Shown: positions 1 to 8,344 of the stretch, one piece after another | Position numbering within the stretch: position 1 is the first letter of the stretch | How the letters are laid out: each line of letters begins with the position of its first letter | Position numbers and translations under genes: made by a program | NCBI GenBank assembly: GCA_040005235.1 | Contig: JBDTZG010000042.1 | Location: forward strand, 1 to 50,123 | DNA length: 50,123 nucleotides | Direction: 5' to 3' | Source: Acidobacteriota bacterium | GTDB taxonomy: Bacteria; Acidobacteriota; Thermoanaerobaculia; Multivoradales; UBA5704 | Notes under the pieces: generated by a model | The model's database searches: none | What the model was told of the DNA's origin: nothing | The model's input: only the letters and a program-made list of their open reading frames with translations

Positions 1-23
1 CGCCCGAAGCCGGCGCTGATCGC

Positions 24-48
24 GGGCGGAGGCAAGCTCCGCCCCTAC
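24..48 (-). repeat. GTAG-family REP-like palindrome downstream of aceE
   Basis: Minus strand reads GTAG-GGGCGGAG-cttgc-CTCCGCCC: a GTAG tetranucleotide abutting a perfect 8-bp stem. Confidence 0.55.
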
Positions 49-86
49 GGAGAGCTGCCAACCAGGGTCTCGCTGCCATCCGCTCT

Positions 87-2768
87 CTAAACCGCAAGCG
101 CGAACGGTTTCTCGGGGTCGATCCCAAGCTCGGCGATCGCCTTGCCCGGCAGGTCGGCGGGCACCTCGCCGCGCAACGCGAGCTGCGAGAGAGCGGCCAC
201 GACCACCGATTCGGCGTCGACCTCGAAGAAACGGCGCAACGCCTCGCGCGTGTCGCTCCGGCCGAAGCCGTCGGTGCCGAGCGCGAAAAAGCGCCCCGGC
301 AGCCAACGGGCGACCTGATCGGGGACGATCCGCATGTAGTCCGAGACCGCGATGATCGGCCCCGGCTCGTTTTCGAGCAGCGAGACGACGTAGGGCTTCC
401 GCGCGGGCTGGTCGGGATGGAGCATGCTCCAGCGCTCCGCTTCGAGCGCGTCGCGGCGCAGCTCCTTGTAGCTGGTGGCGCTCCAGACGTCGGCCGCAAC
501 GCCGAAGCGCTCGGCGAGCAGGTCCCGTGCGCGCAACGCCTCGCGAAGGATCGGCCCCGAGCCGAAGAGCTGCACTCTCGGCCGGCCGTCGGGCGGCGTG
601 CTCGAAACTCTGTACAACCCCTTCAAAATCCCCGCGTCGGCCCCTTCGGGCTTCTTCGGCATCGGGTAATTTTCGTTGCACAGGGTGATGTAATAGAAGA
701 CGTCCTCGCGGTTCCTGTACATCCGGTGTAGGCCATCGCGCACGATCACCGCGATCTCATAGGCGTACGCCGGATCGAAGGCGACCAGGTTCGGCACCGT
801 GCTCGCGTGAACGTGGCTGTGGCCATCCTCGTGCTGCAAGCCTTCGCCGTTCAACGTCGTCCGGCCGGCGGTGGCGCCGAGCAGGAAGCCGCGCGTGCGC
901 TGATCGCCCGCGGCCCAGATCGAATCGCCGATGCGCTGGAACCCGAACATCGAATAGAAGATGAAGAACGGGATCATGTCGACGCCGTGCGTGGCGTACG
1001 AGGTGCCGGCCGCGGTGAACGACGCCATCGAGCCGGCCTCGGTGATTCCCTCTTCCAGGATCTGGCCGTCGATCGCCTCGCGATAATAGAGGAGCATCGA
1101 CTTGTCGACCGGCTCGTAGAGCTGGCCGACGTGCGAGTAGATGCCGAACTGGCGGAACATCGACTCCATGCCGAACGTGCGCGCCTCGTCCGGGACGATC
1201 GGCACGATCCTTTTTCCGAACTCAGGATGCTTCATCAGCTGGGTGAGCATGCGGACGAACGCCATGGTGGTGGAGACCTCGCGGTCGACGCCGTCGGAGA
1301 ACTCCTGCCAGAAGCTCTCCCCCAGGCTCTCGATCGGCTCGCCCCGGGTCTTGCGCGAGGGAATCGGCCCGCCGAGCGCGCGACGCCGCTCGCGCAGGTA
1401 TTCCATCTCCGGGCTGTTCTCGGCCGGGCGATAAAACGGCGCCTCCGCCAAGCGGTCGTCCGGAATCGGAATGTTGAACCGGTCGCGGAAATGGCGCAGC
1501 TCGTCCTCGTTGAGTTTCTTCTGCTGGTGGGTGACGTTCCTCCCCTCGCCCGCCTCGCCGAGGCCATAGCCCTTGATCGTCTGGGCGAGAATGACGGTGG
1601 GAGAGCCCTTGTGCTCGACCGCCGCCTGGTAGGCGGCGTAGACCTTCGCCGGATCGTGCCCGCCGCGGCGGAGCTTCCGCAACTGGTCGTCGGAATAGCC
1701 GCGCACCAACTCGCGCAGCTCCTGATATTTGCCGAAGAAATGCTCGCGGATGTAGGCGCCGCCCTCGACCGTGTACTTCTGGTATTCGCCGTCGATCACC
1801 TCGGCCATCCGCTGCATCAGCAACCCGGTGTGATCGCGCTCGATCAAAGGATCCCAGTCGTTGCCCCAGATCACCTTGATCACGTTCCAACCGGCGCCGC
1901 GGAATGCGGTCTCCAGCTCCTGGATGATCTTGCCGTTGCCGCGCACCGGGCCGTCCAGGCGCTGGAGGTTGCAGTTGACGACGAAAATCAGGTTGTCGAG
2001 CTTCTCGCGCGAAGCGAGCGTGATCGCGCCCAACGATTCCGGCTCGTCGGTCTCGCCGTCGCCCAAGAACGCCCAAACCTTCCTCGCGCTGGTGTCGAGA
2101 ATGCCGCGGTCGGTGAGATACCGGTTGAATTTCGCCTGGTAGATCGCCGACAGCGGCCCGAGCCCCATCGAAACGGTCGGGAACTCCCAGAAGTCGGGCA
2201 TCAGCCAGGGGTGGGGATACGACGACAGCCCACCCGGCACCGAGACCTCGCGACGGAACGCCTCCATCTGCTCGATCGAGATACGCCCTTCGAGGAACGC
2301 TTGGGCGTAGATGCCCGGCGAGCCGTGCCCTTGGATATAGATCAGGTCGCCGTCGAAGCCGCTCTCGCCCCGGCCGCGGAAGAAGTGGTTTAGGCCCACC
2401 TGGTAGAGCGTGGCCGACGAGGCGAACGTCGAGATATGCCCGCCGAGCCCCGGGTAGTGTTTGTTCGCCCGCACCACCATCGCCATCGCGTTCCAGCGGA
2501 TCAGCCCTTTGATCCGGCGCTCGACATCCCGGTCGCCCGGGTAGATCGGCTGCTCAGAGGCCGCGATCGTGTTGACGTACGGCGTGTTGGCGGAGAACGG
2601 CAGGACCACGTGGTGCTCGTGCCCCTTGTCGACAAGGCGTTGCAGCAGGAACCGGGCGCGCTCTTTGCCCTCGACGCGAACGACGTCCTCAAACGCCTGC
2701 AGCCACTCTTCGGTTTCGTCGAGCGCGGGATCGTTGGCCTCGGCGGCCTCTTGGATCTCGGCAATCAT
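87..2768 (-). CDS. aceE: Pyruvate dehydrogenase E1 component, homodimeric type
   Basis: 893 aa; GLSSYPHP, FPTVSMGLG, TPP-binding GDGETDEPES...VNCNLQRLDGPV, TTLNGEGLQH and LGTDGFGRSD motifs; GGAGG SD upstream. Confidence 0.97.
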   Translation of the reverse strand: MIAEIQEAAEANDPALDETEEWLQAFEDVVRVEGKERARFLLQRLVDKGHEHHVVLPFSANTPYVNTIAASEQPIYPGDRDVERRIKGLIRWNAMAMVVRANKHYPGLGGHISTFASSATLYQVGLNHFFRGRGESGFDGDLIYIQGHGSPGIYAQAFLEGRISIEQMEAFRREVSVPGGLSSYPHPWLMPDFWEFPTVSMGLGPLSAIYQAKFNRYLTDRGILDTSARKVWAFLGDGETDEPESLGAITLASREKLDNLIFVVNCNLQRLDGPVRGNGKIIQELETAFRGAGWNVIKVIWGNDWDPLIERDHTGLLMQRMAEVIDGEYQKYTVEGGAYIREHFFGKYQELRELVRGYSDDQLRKLRRGGHDPAKVYAAYQAAVEHKGSPTVILAQTIKGYGLGEAGEGRNVTHQQKKLNEDELRHFRDRFNIPIPDDRLAEAPFYRPAENSPEMEYLRERRRALGGPIPSRKTRGEPIESLGESFWQEFSDGVDREVSTTMAFVRMLTQLMKHPEFGKRIVPIVPDEARTFGMESMFRQFGIYSHVGQLYEPVDKSMLLYYREAIDGQILEEGITEAGSMASFTAAGTSYATHGVDMIPFFIFYSMFGFQRIGDSIWAAGDQRTRGFLLGATAGRTTLNGEGLQHEDGHSHVHASTVPNLVAFDPAYAYEIAVIVRDGLHRMYRNREDVFYYITLCNENYPMPKKPEGADAGILKGLYRVSSTPPDGRPRVQLFGSGPILREALRARDLLAERFGVAADVWSATSYKELRRDALEAERWSMLHPDQPARKPYVVSLLENEPGPIIAVSDYMRIVPDQVARWLPGRFFALGTDGFGRSDTREALRRFFEVDAESVVVAALSQLALRGEVPADLPGKAIAELGIDPEKPFALAV

Positions 2769-2939
2769 GCGGATTCTGACCTCCTGGGGGCGGGCGAAAC
2801 CTACGCCCGATTCGAGAACCCATAGGTTCTCACGGATCGCGCCCTCTCGCCAACGCGAGGAACTTCTTCGGAATCATCGAGATTCAGACCCTCCTTTCGC
2901 GTCTTTAAGAGGGAATCCCGCAGAACGGGAAAGGAGAGG

Positions 2940-2968
2940 TTGACAATGAGTCCACATGTAGCTACATT
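2940..2968 (+). promoter_or_regulatory. Sigma70 promoter of the TA operon with overlapping palindromic operator
   Basis: TTGACA (2940-2945), 17-bp spacer, TACATT (2963-2968); perfect palindrome ATGTAGCTACAT (2956-2967) overlaps the -10. Confidence 0.8.
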
Positions 2969-2975
2969 GCTCGAC

Positions 2976-3275
2976 ATGCGAGACGTCGGAATCCGCGAGT
3001 TGAAGGCGCAACTGAGCCGAGTGGTCCGCGAAGTCGAGGAAGGAGAAACCGTGATCGTCACCGATCGAGGCCGGCCCATTGCCGAAATCCGCCCTGTCGC
3101 CGTAGCCCCCCCGGCCGAAGAGCACCCCGGGCTGCTCAAAATGGCGCGCGAGGGGCGGCTGGTGCTCCCCGAGGTGCGCAACCATCCGGGCCTCTACGCG
3201 CGGCCGCGCCGTCCGCTCGGCCGGCCCCACCCCACCGTCGCCGACTTGCTCGACGCCGGAAGGGAGGACCGATGA
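2976..3275 (+). CDS. Phd/YefM-family antitoxin (VapB-like)
   Basis: MRDVGIRELKAQLSRVVREVEEGETVIVTDRGRPIAEIRP is the classic Phd N-terminus; start moved from 2940 to the ATG at 2976; ATGA overlap with the PIN gene. Confidence 0.9.
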   Translation: MRDVGIRELKAQLSRVVREVEEGETVIVTDRGRPIAEIRPVAVAPPAEEHPGLLKMAREGRLVLPEVRNHPGLYARPRRPLGRPHPTVADLLDAGREDR

Positions 3276-3742
3276 ACGCTCCCAATTCTCCCGATGCGCC
3301 CACCCTCTACGCCGAGTCGAGCGCGATCTTGAACCTGCTGCTCGGCGAGCCGGGAAGCGACGAGATCGCCGAAGCGCTCGGCAACGCCGGCCGGGTCGTG
3401 ATCTCCGAGCTGACGCTCGCCGAGACCCATCGCACGCTCCTCCGCGCCCGTGCGGCCGGCAAGCTCAACGACGAAGAGCTGGATCAGGCGCGCGGCGAGC
3501 TGGAGCACGCCGGCCTCGGCTGGTCGCTCCAACGGCTCGACGCCGAAAGCTACCTGCGCCTACGCCGACCGTTCCCGAAAGAGCCGATTCGCACGCTCGA
3601 CGCGCTCCACCTCGCCGGAGCCCTCGCCGCACGGCGCGAAATCCCCGAGATCCGCCTGCTCTCGCTCGACCGTCGCGTCCGCGAGAATGCGCGGGAATTG
3701 GGCTTCTCTCTAGAGCCGGAAGCCGTCAGCGGCTCCGTATAG
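3272..3742 (+). CDS. vapC: PIN-domain toxin (VapC family)
   Basis: LYAESSAIL...SELTLAE...IRTLDALHLAGA...LLSLDRR acidic PIN pattern; coupled to the Phd antitoxin. Confidence 0.88.
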   Translation: MNAPNSPDAPTLYAESSAILNLLLGEPGSDEIAEALGNAGRVVISELTLAETHRTLLRARAAGKLNDEELDQARGELEHAGLGWSLQRLDAESYLRLRRPFPKEPIRTLDALHLAGALAARREIPEIRLLSLDRRVRENARELGFSLEPEAVSGSV

Positions 3743-3744
3743 GG

Positions 3745-3843
3745 GCTATCGGCGGCGGATAGCGGCTATCGAAGCTGGATAGCCGCTATCGGTGGCGGAT
3801 AGCCGCTATCGGAGCTGGATAGCGGCTATCGGAGCTGGATAGC
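3745..3843. repeat. Left half of palindromic 20-bp tandem repeat array (5 units)
   Basis: Units GCTATC-N7-GATAGC-S start at 3745, 3765, 3785, 3805 and 3825. Confidence 0.95.
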
Positions 3844-3998
3844 GGTACTGGGTCTGTTTGAAAATCCCCGATTTTGCCAGAGCAAAGTGCGTTAACGTCG
3901 CGTGAGCGGCGGAGAGCGTATCTCCCCCGCGCAACCTAGACGCCCCGACGGAAGGCTGACACCAACCGCCGGGACTTGCCGAGCAGGGGACACAGCCC

Positions 3999-4325
3999 AT
4001 GCACGACCAGCCGAATCCTATCTTGTCGGTCCCGTTGGATCTCACCCGGTACAGCGAGAAGACGCGCCGCGCGCTGTACGACCGAATCGAGTTTGAGCAC
4101 TTCAAGCCCGATCCACAAACCGTCGTCCAGGCGATTGCCCGGGGCGACTTCGCGGAACACCGCACGGCGGAGGAAGCCGGGCTCCGGGTCGAATACCTGC
4201 TCGGCCGGTGGCTCGTGAGCTGGCGAGTTACCGACCCGATCGAGCGCCCGGCCGAGCGGGATCTGTGGGAGCTGGTGACGGTCACCGCCAGCCCACGCGG
4301 CGTTCTCAGTATGGCGGAGGTCTAG
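3999..4325 (+). CDS. Hypothetical protein (transposon passenger)
   Basis: 108-aa ORF with ATG and AGGGGA upstream; first of a closely spaced run of ORFs. Confidence 0.6.
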   Translation: MHDQPNPILSVPLDLTRYSEKTRRALYDRIEFEHFKPDPQTVVQAIARGDFAEHRTAEEAGLRVEYLLGRWLVSWRVTDPIERPAERDLWELVTVTASPRGVLSMAEV

Positions 4326-4329
4326 AGCC

Positions 4330-4545
4330 ATGGGGCGACCGCGAAAGGAAACGCCGATCGTACCGACCGGGCCGAAGTGCTACCCGGTCACAGTCGCAAG
4401 CGCGGACGAACAGCGCGCTTTCGAAGCGATGGCCGAGCACCAAAACCGCCCGGACGTGGGGACGTGGCTCCGGGATCTCGCCCGCGGCTACGTTTGCCGC
4501 TACTTCTCGAAGCGCACCCCCAGCGCCGAAGGGGCGGATGCATGA
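4330..4545 (+). CDS. Small putative DNA-binding protein (ribbon-helix-helix-like), passenger
   Basis: MGRPRKE N-terminus, then a strand-helix-helix pattern VTVASADEQRAFEAMAE...VGTWLRDLA; ATGA overlap with next ORF. Confidence 0.55.
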   Translation: MGRPRKETPIVPTGPKCYPVTVASADEQRAFEAMAEHQNRPDVGTWLRDLARGYVCRYFSKRTPSAEGADA

Positions 4546-4988
4546 TGACGGTCGCCGAGTTCACCGTTAGGGCGACAGCGGCGCAGTCCGCCGCATGGAA
4601 GCGGGCGGCAGGCTCCGAAGGGCTCCCAAGCGTCGGCCGCTGGCTCGCGCATGCGGCGGATGCCCAACTCCGGGCCATCGTTCGGGGAGGGCTCCCGATG
4701 CCGCTCGGCTGGTCGAAAGGGTTCTTCCGCGTCGCCCTGCTCGGCGGGAGCACGATCGACGCTTGGGGCAAGGTCTCGCCGCCCTTCGCCTTCTACCAGG
4801 GGAGCGGGGCCGGCCCCGACAAAGGCGAGCCCCGGACGCTGGTCTACATGCCCTCAGGGAAGATCATCGCGACCCTACGCACGGCGCGTCAGTGCAAAGT
4901 TTTAGCGGCCGAGCTGGCGCCCGCCTACGCCCGCGATGAAGCATCCGCCGCGGGAATCGTTCAACGTCACGAAAGGGAAAGCACCTAA
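4542..4988 (+). CDS. Hypothetical protein with RHH-like N-terminus, passenger
   Basis: Start at ATG 4542 overlapping the previous stop; FTVRATAAQSAAWKRAA...SVGRWLAHAAD resembles CopG/MobC-like RHH. Confidence 0.55.
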   Translation: MMTVAEFTVRATAAQSAAWKRAAGSEGLPSVGRWLAHAADAQLRAIVRGGLPMPLGWSKGFFRVALLGGSTIDAWGKVSPPFAFYQGSGAGPDKGEPRTLVYMPSGKIIATLRTARQCKVLAAELAPAYARDEASAAGIVQRHEREST

Positions 4989-5045
4989 CGCGCTAAAGGG
5001 GCGGCGCCCGTTCGGGTCGCCCCCGTATGCGATACTGAGGAAGCC

Positions 5046-5273
5046 ATGCCCAAGAAAGAAGACTTCACCGAAGTTGCCTTCCGTGTTTTCCAGCGGGCGA
5101 CTCACCAAGAATGCCCGGCCGAGCAGCCGGAACCGCTCTCCCCGAAAGCGGCAGCCGGCCAGAAGGGCGGCAAGGTCGGCGGACGTGCGCGCGCCGCGAC
5201 GATGACCGCGGAAGAACGCTCGGCGAGCGCCAAGAAGGCGGCGGCGGCACGCTGGAAAAAGCCCTCCCCGTAG
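5046..5273 (+). CDS. Small basic protein of the type often found beside IS1/IS1595 transposases
   Basis: GQKGGKVGGRARAATMTAEERSASAKKAAAARW motif; GAGGA SD. Confidence 0.8.
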   Translation: MPKKEDFTEVAFRVFQRATHQECPAEQPEPLSPKAAAGQKGGKVGGRARAATMTAEERSASAKKAAAARWKKPSP

Positions 5274-5322
5274 TTCGCCATGAGATCAGTCGATGAAGGC
5301 CGAGTAGCGCCGGGGGTGCCGC

Positions 5323-6078
5323 TTGCCTGTGATTGAGTCGTTGGTGTCAGAAGATGGCTCTCTTAGCGACGTCGCCCTTTTCGCTCTTGTAGCCACCAGG
5401 ACATATCCAACCGAGCAAGCCAAGCGCGACCTTTTCTTTGCTGCCTCTATGGTGAGGGTGCTGCTCAGAATCAAGACTGAACTCAAGGATGAAAACGTTG
5501 AGATTCCCCGCGATTGCTTGAATCTAATTTTAAACGCCCCCCCGATCGATAAGATCGTCGCGAATGCTCATGCCTACGCCGCAAATTCTTGGATTGCCGG
5601 AGAAATGATTCTGTTTATGATCAATGCCGCGATTCATCATCCAGAGCTAGACGTGACGTTAACTAAGGCGGTCTGGATAATACCGCGCCTGTTTGAAGGT
5701 AAGGAAACGTGGCAAGGAAGGCCATTCTCGATTAGCCAGCGGACAGTTTGGGGGGCGTGGAGCCGATTCAAGTCGGTAGCCCATTTCCATGCAGTAGAGC
5801 AAATATGGCGCCAAGATAAGAACCGCGAAACAGGCCCTGACGACGAAGGCTTCCTCAAGCTTCAAACGGAAAGACTCCTAGAATACCTAGCCCTGTCCGA
5901 AGTTATTCGGCGAGCCGCAGTAGACCGAAGAATCATCTCCCATAATGACACCTGGTGGTCGCCGGAAAGCCTTCATCTTCCCTCGATCAATCTAGGACTT
6001 CCTCCCCTTCCCGAAACTGCGCTCCGGGAGCTGGCGGCGTACCGCCCGGAATTCTCCAGCGAAGGCGAGAACGCCTAA
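5323..6078 (+). CDS. Hypothetical protein, lower-GC passenger
   Basis: 251-aa open frame in visibly more AT-rich DNA with natural globular composition; start uncertain (TTG). Confidence 0.7.
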   Translation: MPVIESLVSEDGSLSDVALFALVATRTYPTEQAKRDLFFAASMVRVLLRIKTELKDENVEIPRDCLNLILNAPPIDKIVANAHAYAANSWIAGEMILFMINAAIHHPELDVTLTKAVWIIPRLFEGKETWQGRPFSISQRTVWGAWSRFKSVAHFHAVEQIWRQDKNRETGPDDEGFLKLQTERLLEYLALSEVIRRAAVDRRIISHNDTWWSPESLHLPSINLGLPPLPETALRELAAYRPEFSSEGENA

Positions 6079-6460
6079 GGGGTCATCTGCAACCCTTCGA
6101 GGGTAGTGCTACTGCAACCCTACCCTTGCAGTAGCGCTGCACGCCTCTTCATGCAGCGCTACTACATCAATCTCTTGTCAGTTGCATGGGCGTTGAAGGT
6201 CGCCTGAAAATGAAGATCCCGGGCTAGTGACCCGGGATCTGGTCAACCAAGGCGCGGACCGCCGGGCTGACGAACACCCAAATTGTACCCTCCCGCCGGT
6301 CCGCGTTCAACCCCCAACCAAGGAGGGGAACGCGATGCACTCAGCCAAGCGTCAACGCTGGAAGCGTCACTGGTCATATCTCGCACGAAGGGCGTAGCTC
6401 CGCCCGGGCGGCGAGCCCGTGCGGTCGCCGCCCGTCTTCAAATTCCACGCATTTCGGGGC

Positions 6461-6489
6461 TTGACATTTCCGCCATGCTCACGCATAAT
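6461..6489 (+). promoter_or_regulatory. Sigma70 promoter of the transposase (probably leaderless)
   Basis: TTGACA (6461-6466), 17 bp, CATAAT (6484-6489); ATG at 6498 with no SD. Confidence 0.7.
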
Positions 6490-6497
6490 AGGTCATC

Positions 6498-7370
6498 ATG
6501 AACGCCATGGATACGAAACGCCGTGCCGCAATTATCCGCGCCCTCGTTGACGGAGTTGGCATCCGGGCCACCTGCCGCATTACCGGAGCCTCGAAGGGTG
6601 CCGTCACTAAGCTCATTACCGAGCTTGGCCCGGCGTGTGCCGCGTACATGGACCAGGCGTTCCAGGGTCTCACCTGCCGCATCCTCGAAGTCGATGAGAT
6701 CTGGGCGTTCTGCTACTCGAAGGCCAAGAACGTCCCGGCCGACAAGCGCGACACGTTCGGCTACGGCGACGTTTGGACCTTTACCGCGATCGACGCCGAA
6801 ACCAAGCTCATGCCCTCGTTCATGGTGGGCTCGCGCGACGGCGGCACGGCGACCGAGTTCATGCAGGATCTTTCCGGGCGCCTGGTCAACCGGGTTCAAC
6901 TCACCACGGACGGCCACAAGATGTATCTCGGCGCGGTCGAGGATGCCTTCCAGGGCGAAATCGACTATGCCCAGCTCGTCAAGAACTACGCCAACCTCCC
7001 GACCGGTCCCGAGACGCGGTACAGCCCGGCCATTTGCACCGGATGCGAAAAGCACCTGGTCTCGGGGAGCCCGGAATCCCGGAAGATCTCGACTTCCTAC
7101 ATCGAGCGGTCAAACCTCAGCATCCGAATGGGGCTCCGCCGCTACACCAGGCTTACCAACGCCCATTCTAAGAAGCTTGCGAACCACTGCGCGGCTCTGG
7201 CGATCTACTTCATGCACTACAACTTCGCCAAGATCCACTCGACCCTGCGATGCTCCCCAGCGATGGCGGCCGGCGTTGACTCGCACCTGTGGACGGTCGA
7301 GGAAATCGTCGCCCTCTTGCCGGTCGAAGCGCCCAAGAAGCGGGGACCGTACAAGAAGAAGGCAGCTTAG
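6498..7370 (+). CDS. IS1-family DDE transposase (single ORF)
   Basis: N-terminal HTH GVGIRATCRITGASKGAV; DDE motifs LEVDEIW, LTTDG and STSYIERSNLSIRMGLRRYTRLTNAHSKK; HYNF...SPAMAAG C-terminus. Confidence 0.93.
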   Translation: MNAMDTKRRAAIIRALVDGVGIRATCRITGASKGAVTKLITELGPACAAYMDQAFQGLTCRILEVDEIWAFCYSKAKNVPADKRDTFGYGDVWTFTAIDAETKLMPSFMVGSRDGGTATEFMQDLSGRLVNRVQLTTDGHKMYLGAVEDAFQGEIDYAQLVKNYANLPTGPETRYSPAICTGCEKHLVSGSPESRKISTSYIERSNLSIRMGLRRYTRLTNAHSKKLANHCAALAIYFMHYNFAKIHSTLRCSPAMAAGVDSHLWTVEEIVALLPVEAPKKRGPYKKKAA

Positions 7371-7390
7371 GTCCCCGGCGTTCTCGACGT

Positions 7391-8170
7391 TCACCCTAGG
7401 TGAACTATGCGCGCGTTGACCAAGCTCGCCTCCTTAAGTATGATCTTTATATAATCAACAGTGCCCTCGACAATGATGAGTTGGCCGGTCCTTGCCTTGC
7501 GGCGCTCCGGATCATCACCGGCAACCGAAGCAAAGAACTTCTCTTTGTCGGAAAGGATGATGAGCCGCCGCCGCCCGGGGACAACATCCTCCATCTCGGC
7601 ATGGTATATGCCCGTCCATCGCGCCTTTTGGCCCTCAAGCTCTGATTCAACCTCCTTGCCCACAACATCCGGCAGACTGAGAAGGTGGGTAAACGGGGGC
7701 TTTCCCGACAACAGCGGCGCTAGGTCTTCCGGGACCGGTTCGGGCTCGCTTGCGGCCGGTTGCTCAGCTCGCGGCTTAGTAGCTCGCGATGACGGGGCCT
7801 GGCTTTCTGGCGCTGGCTTGTCGCGTGTTCCCGACAACAGCGGCGACTTAGTTGGTGAGGACGCCGGGAAGCGACCGCGCGCGAGCGCCTGGCGCAGCTT
7901 GAAAACTAGCAAGGCGGCACAGGCGCCTACGGTGATCCACGCCCCGGGAATGAGCGCGCCTTGATTCTGGAAAACGAAGGTCCGCACCCACTCTATGATG
8001 CCGGCTCGAACCAGTAGCACGGCAACCAGAGCCGACCCGACGAAAGAGAGTATCGTCACAAGCCAAAGGAGTCTTCGCCACTTAGGCTTCAAGACGAACA
8101 GGGAGCCAAAGGCGAAGGCTAGCAAGGTAACCTCCAGTGGAACCAAAAACGCAAGTTTGTTGAAATCCAT
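7391..8170 (-). CDS. Membrane protein with about three N-terminal TM helices and a possible OB-fold C-terminal domain, passenger
   Basis: Three hydrophobic segments, a Pro/Ser-rich linker and a beta-rich C-terminus; ATG at 8170 chosen as start. Confidence 0.7.
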   Translation of the reverse strand: MDFNKLAFLVPLEVTLLAFAFGSLFVLKPKWRRLLWLVTILSFVGSALVAVLLVRAGIIEWVRTFVFQNQGALIPGAWITVGACAALLVFKLRQALARGRFPASSPTKSPLLSGTRDKPAPESQAPSSRATKPRAEQPAASEPEPVPEDLAPLLSGKPPFTHLLSLPDVVGKEVESELEGQKARWTGIYHAEMEDVVPGRRRLIILSDKEKFFASVAGDDPERRKARTGQLIIVEGTVDYIKIILKEASLVNARIVHLG

Positions 8171-8344
8171 TTTGGCGTCACCCCCGCAGGTGCCCCGCAA
8201 AGAGGAACAACCGCGCGGCGAGCCGGTGCGGGAACCGGCGTTCGGTGGCCAAACCTAGCCGCGCGCCGGAGAGCATATCGAAGTTGCGGAAATGGCGCGG
8301 GATCACCCGCTCGCGGGACGGTCATTTCAAAATGACCCAGTACC

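Larger units (their letters stand above)
3844..8344. mobile_element. IS1-family transposon with passenger genes, 4,501 bp
   Basis: Left end GGTACTGGGTCTGTTTGAAA; reverse complement of right end GGTACTGGGTCATTTTGAAA; 8-bp direct repeat TGGATAGC at 3836-3843 and 8345-8352; internal IS1-type transposase. Confidence 0.92.

Noticed and set aside
807-2393. 528-aa plus-strand ORF
   Set aside because: Antisense shadow of aceE, typical of high-GC DNA
2791-2831. Two short hairpins upstream of aceE (CGGGCG/CGCCCG, GAGAACC/GGTTCTC) as riboswitch or operator
   Set aside because: Short stems are expected by chance in GC-rich DNA and there is no recognisable riboswitch consensus
3844-8344. Prophage or integrative element
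   Set aside because: No integrase or phage structural genes; the boundaries are inverted repeats with an 8-bp duplication, matching the IS1-type transposase
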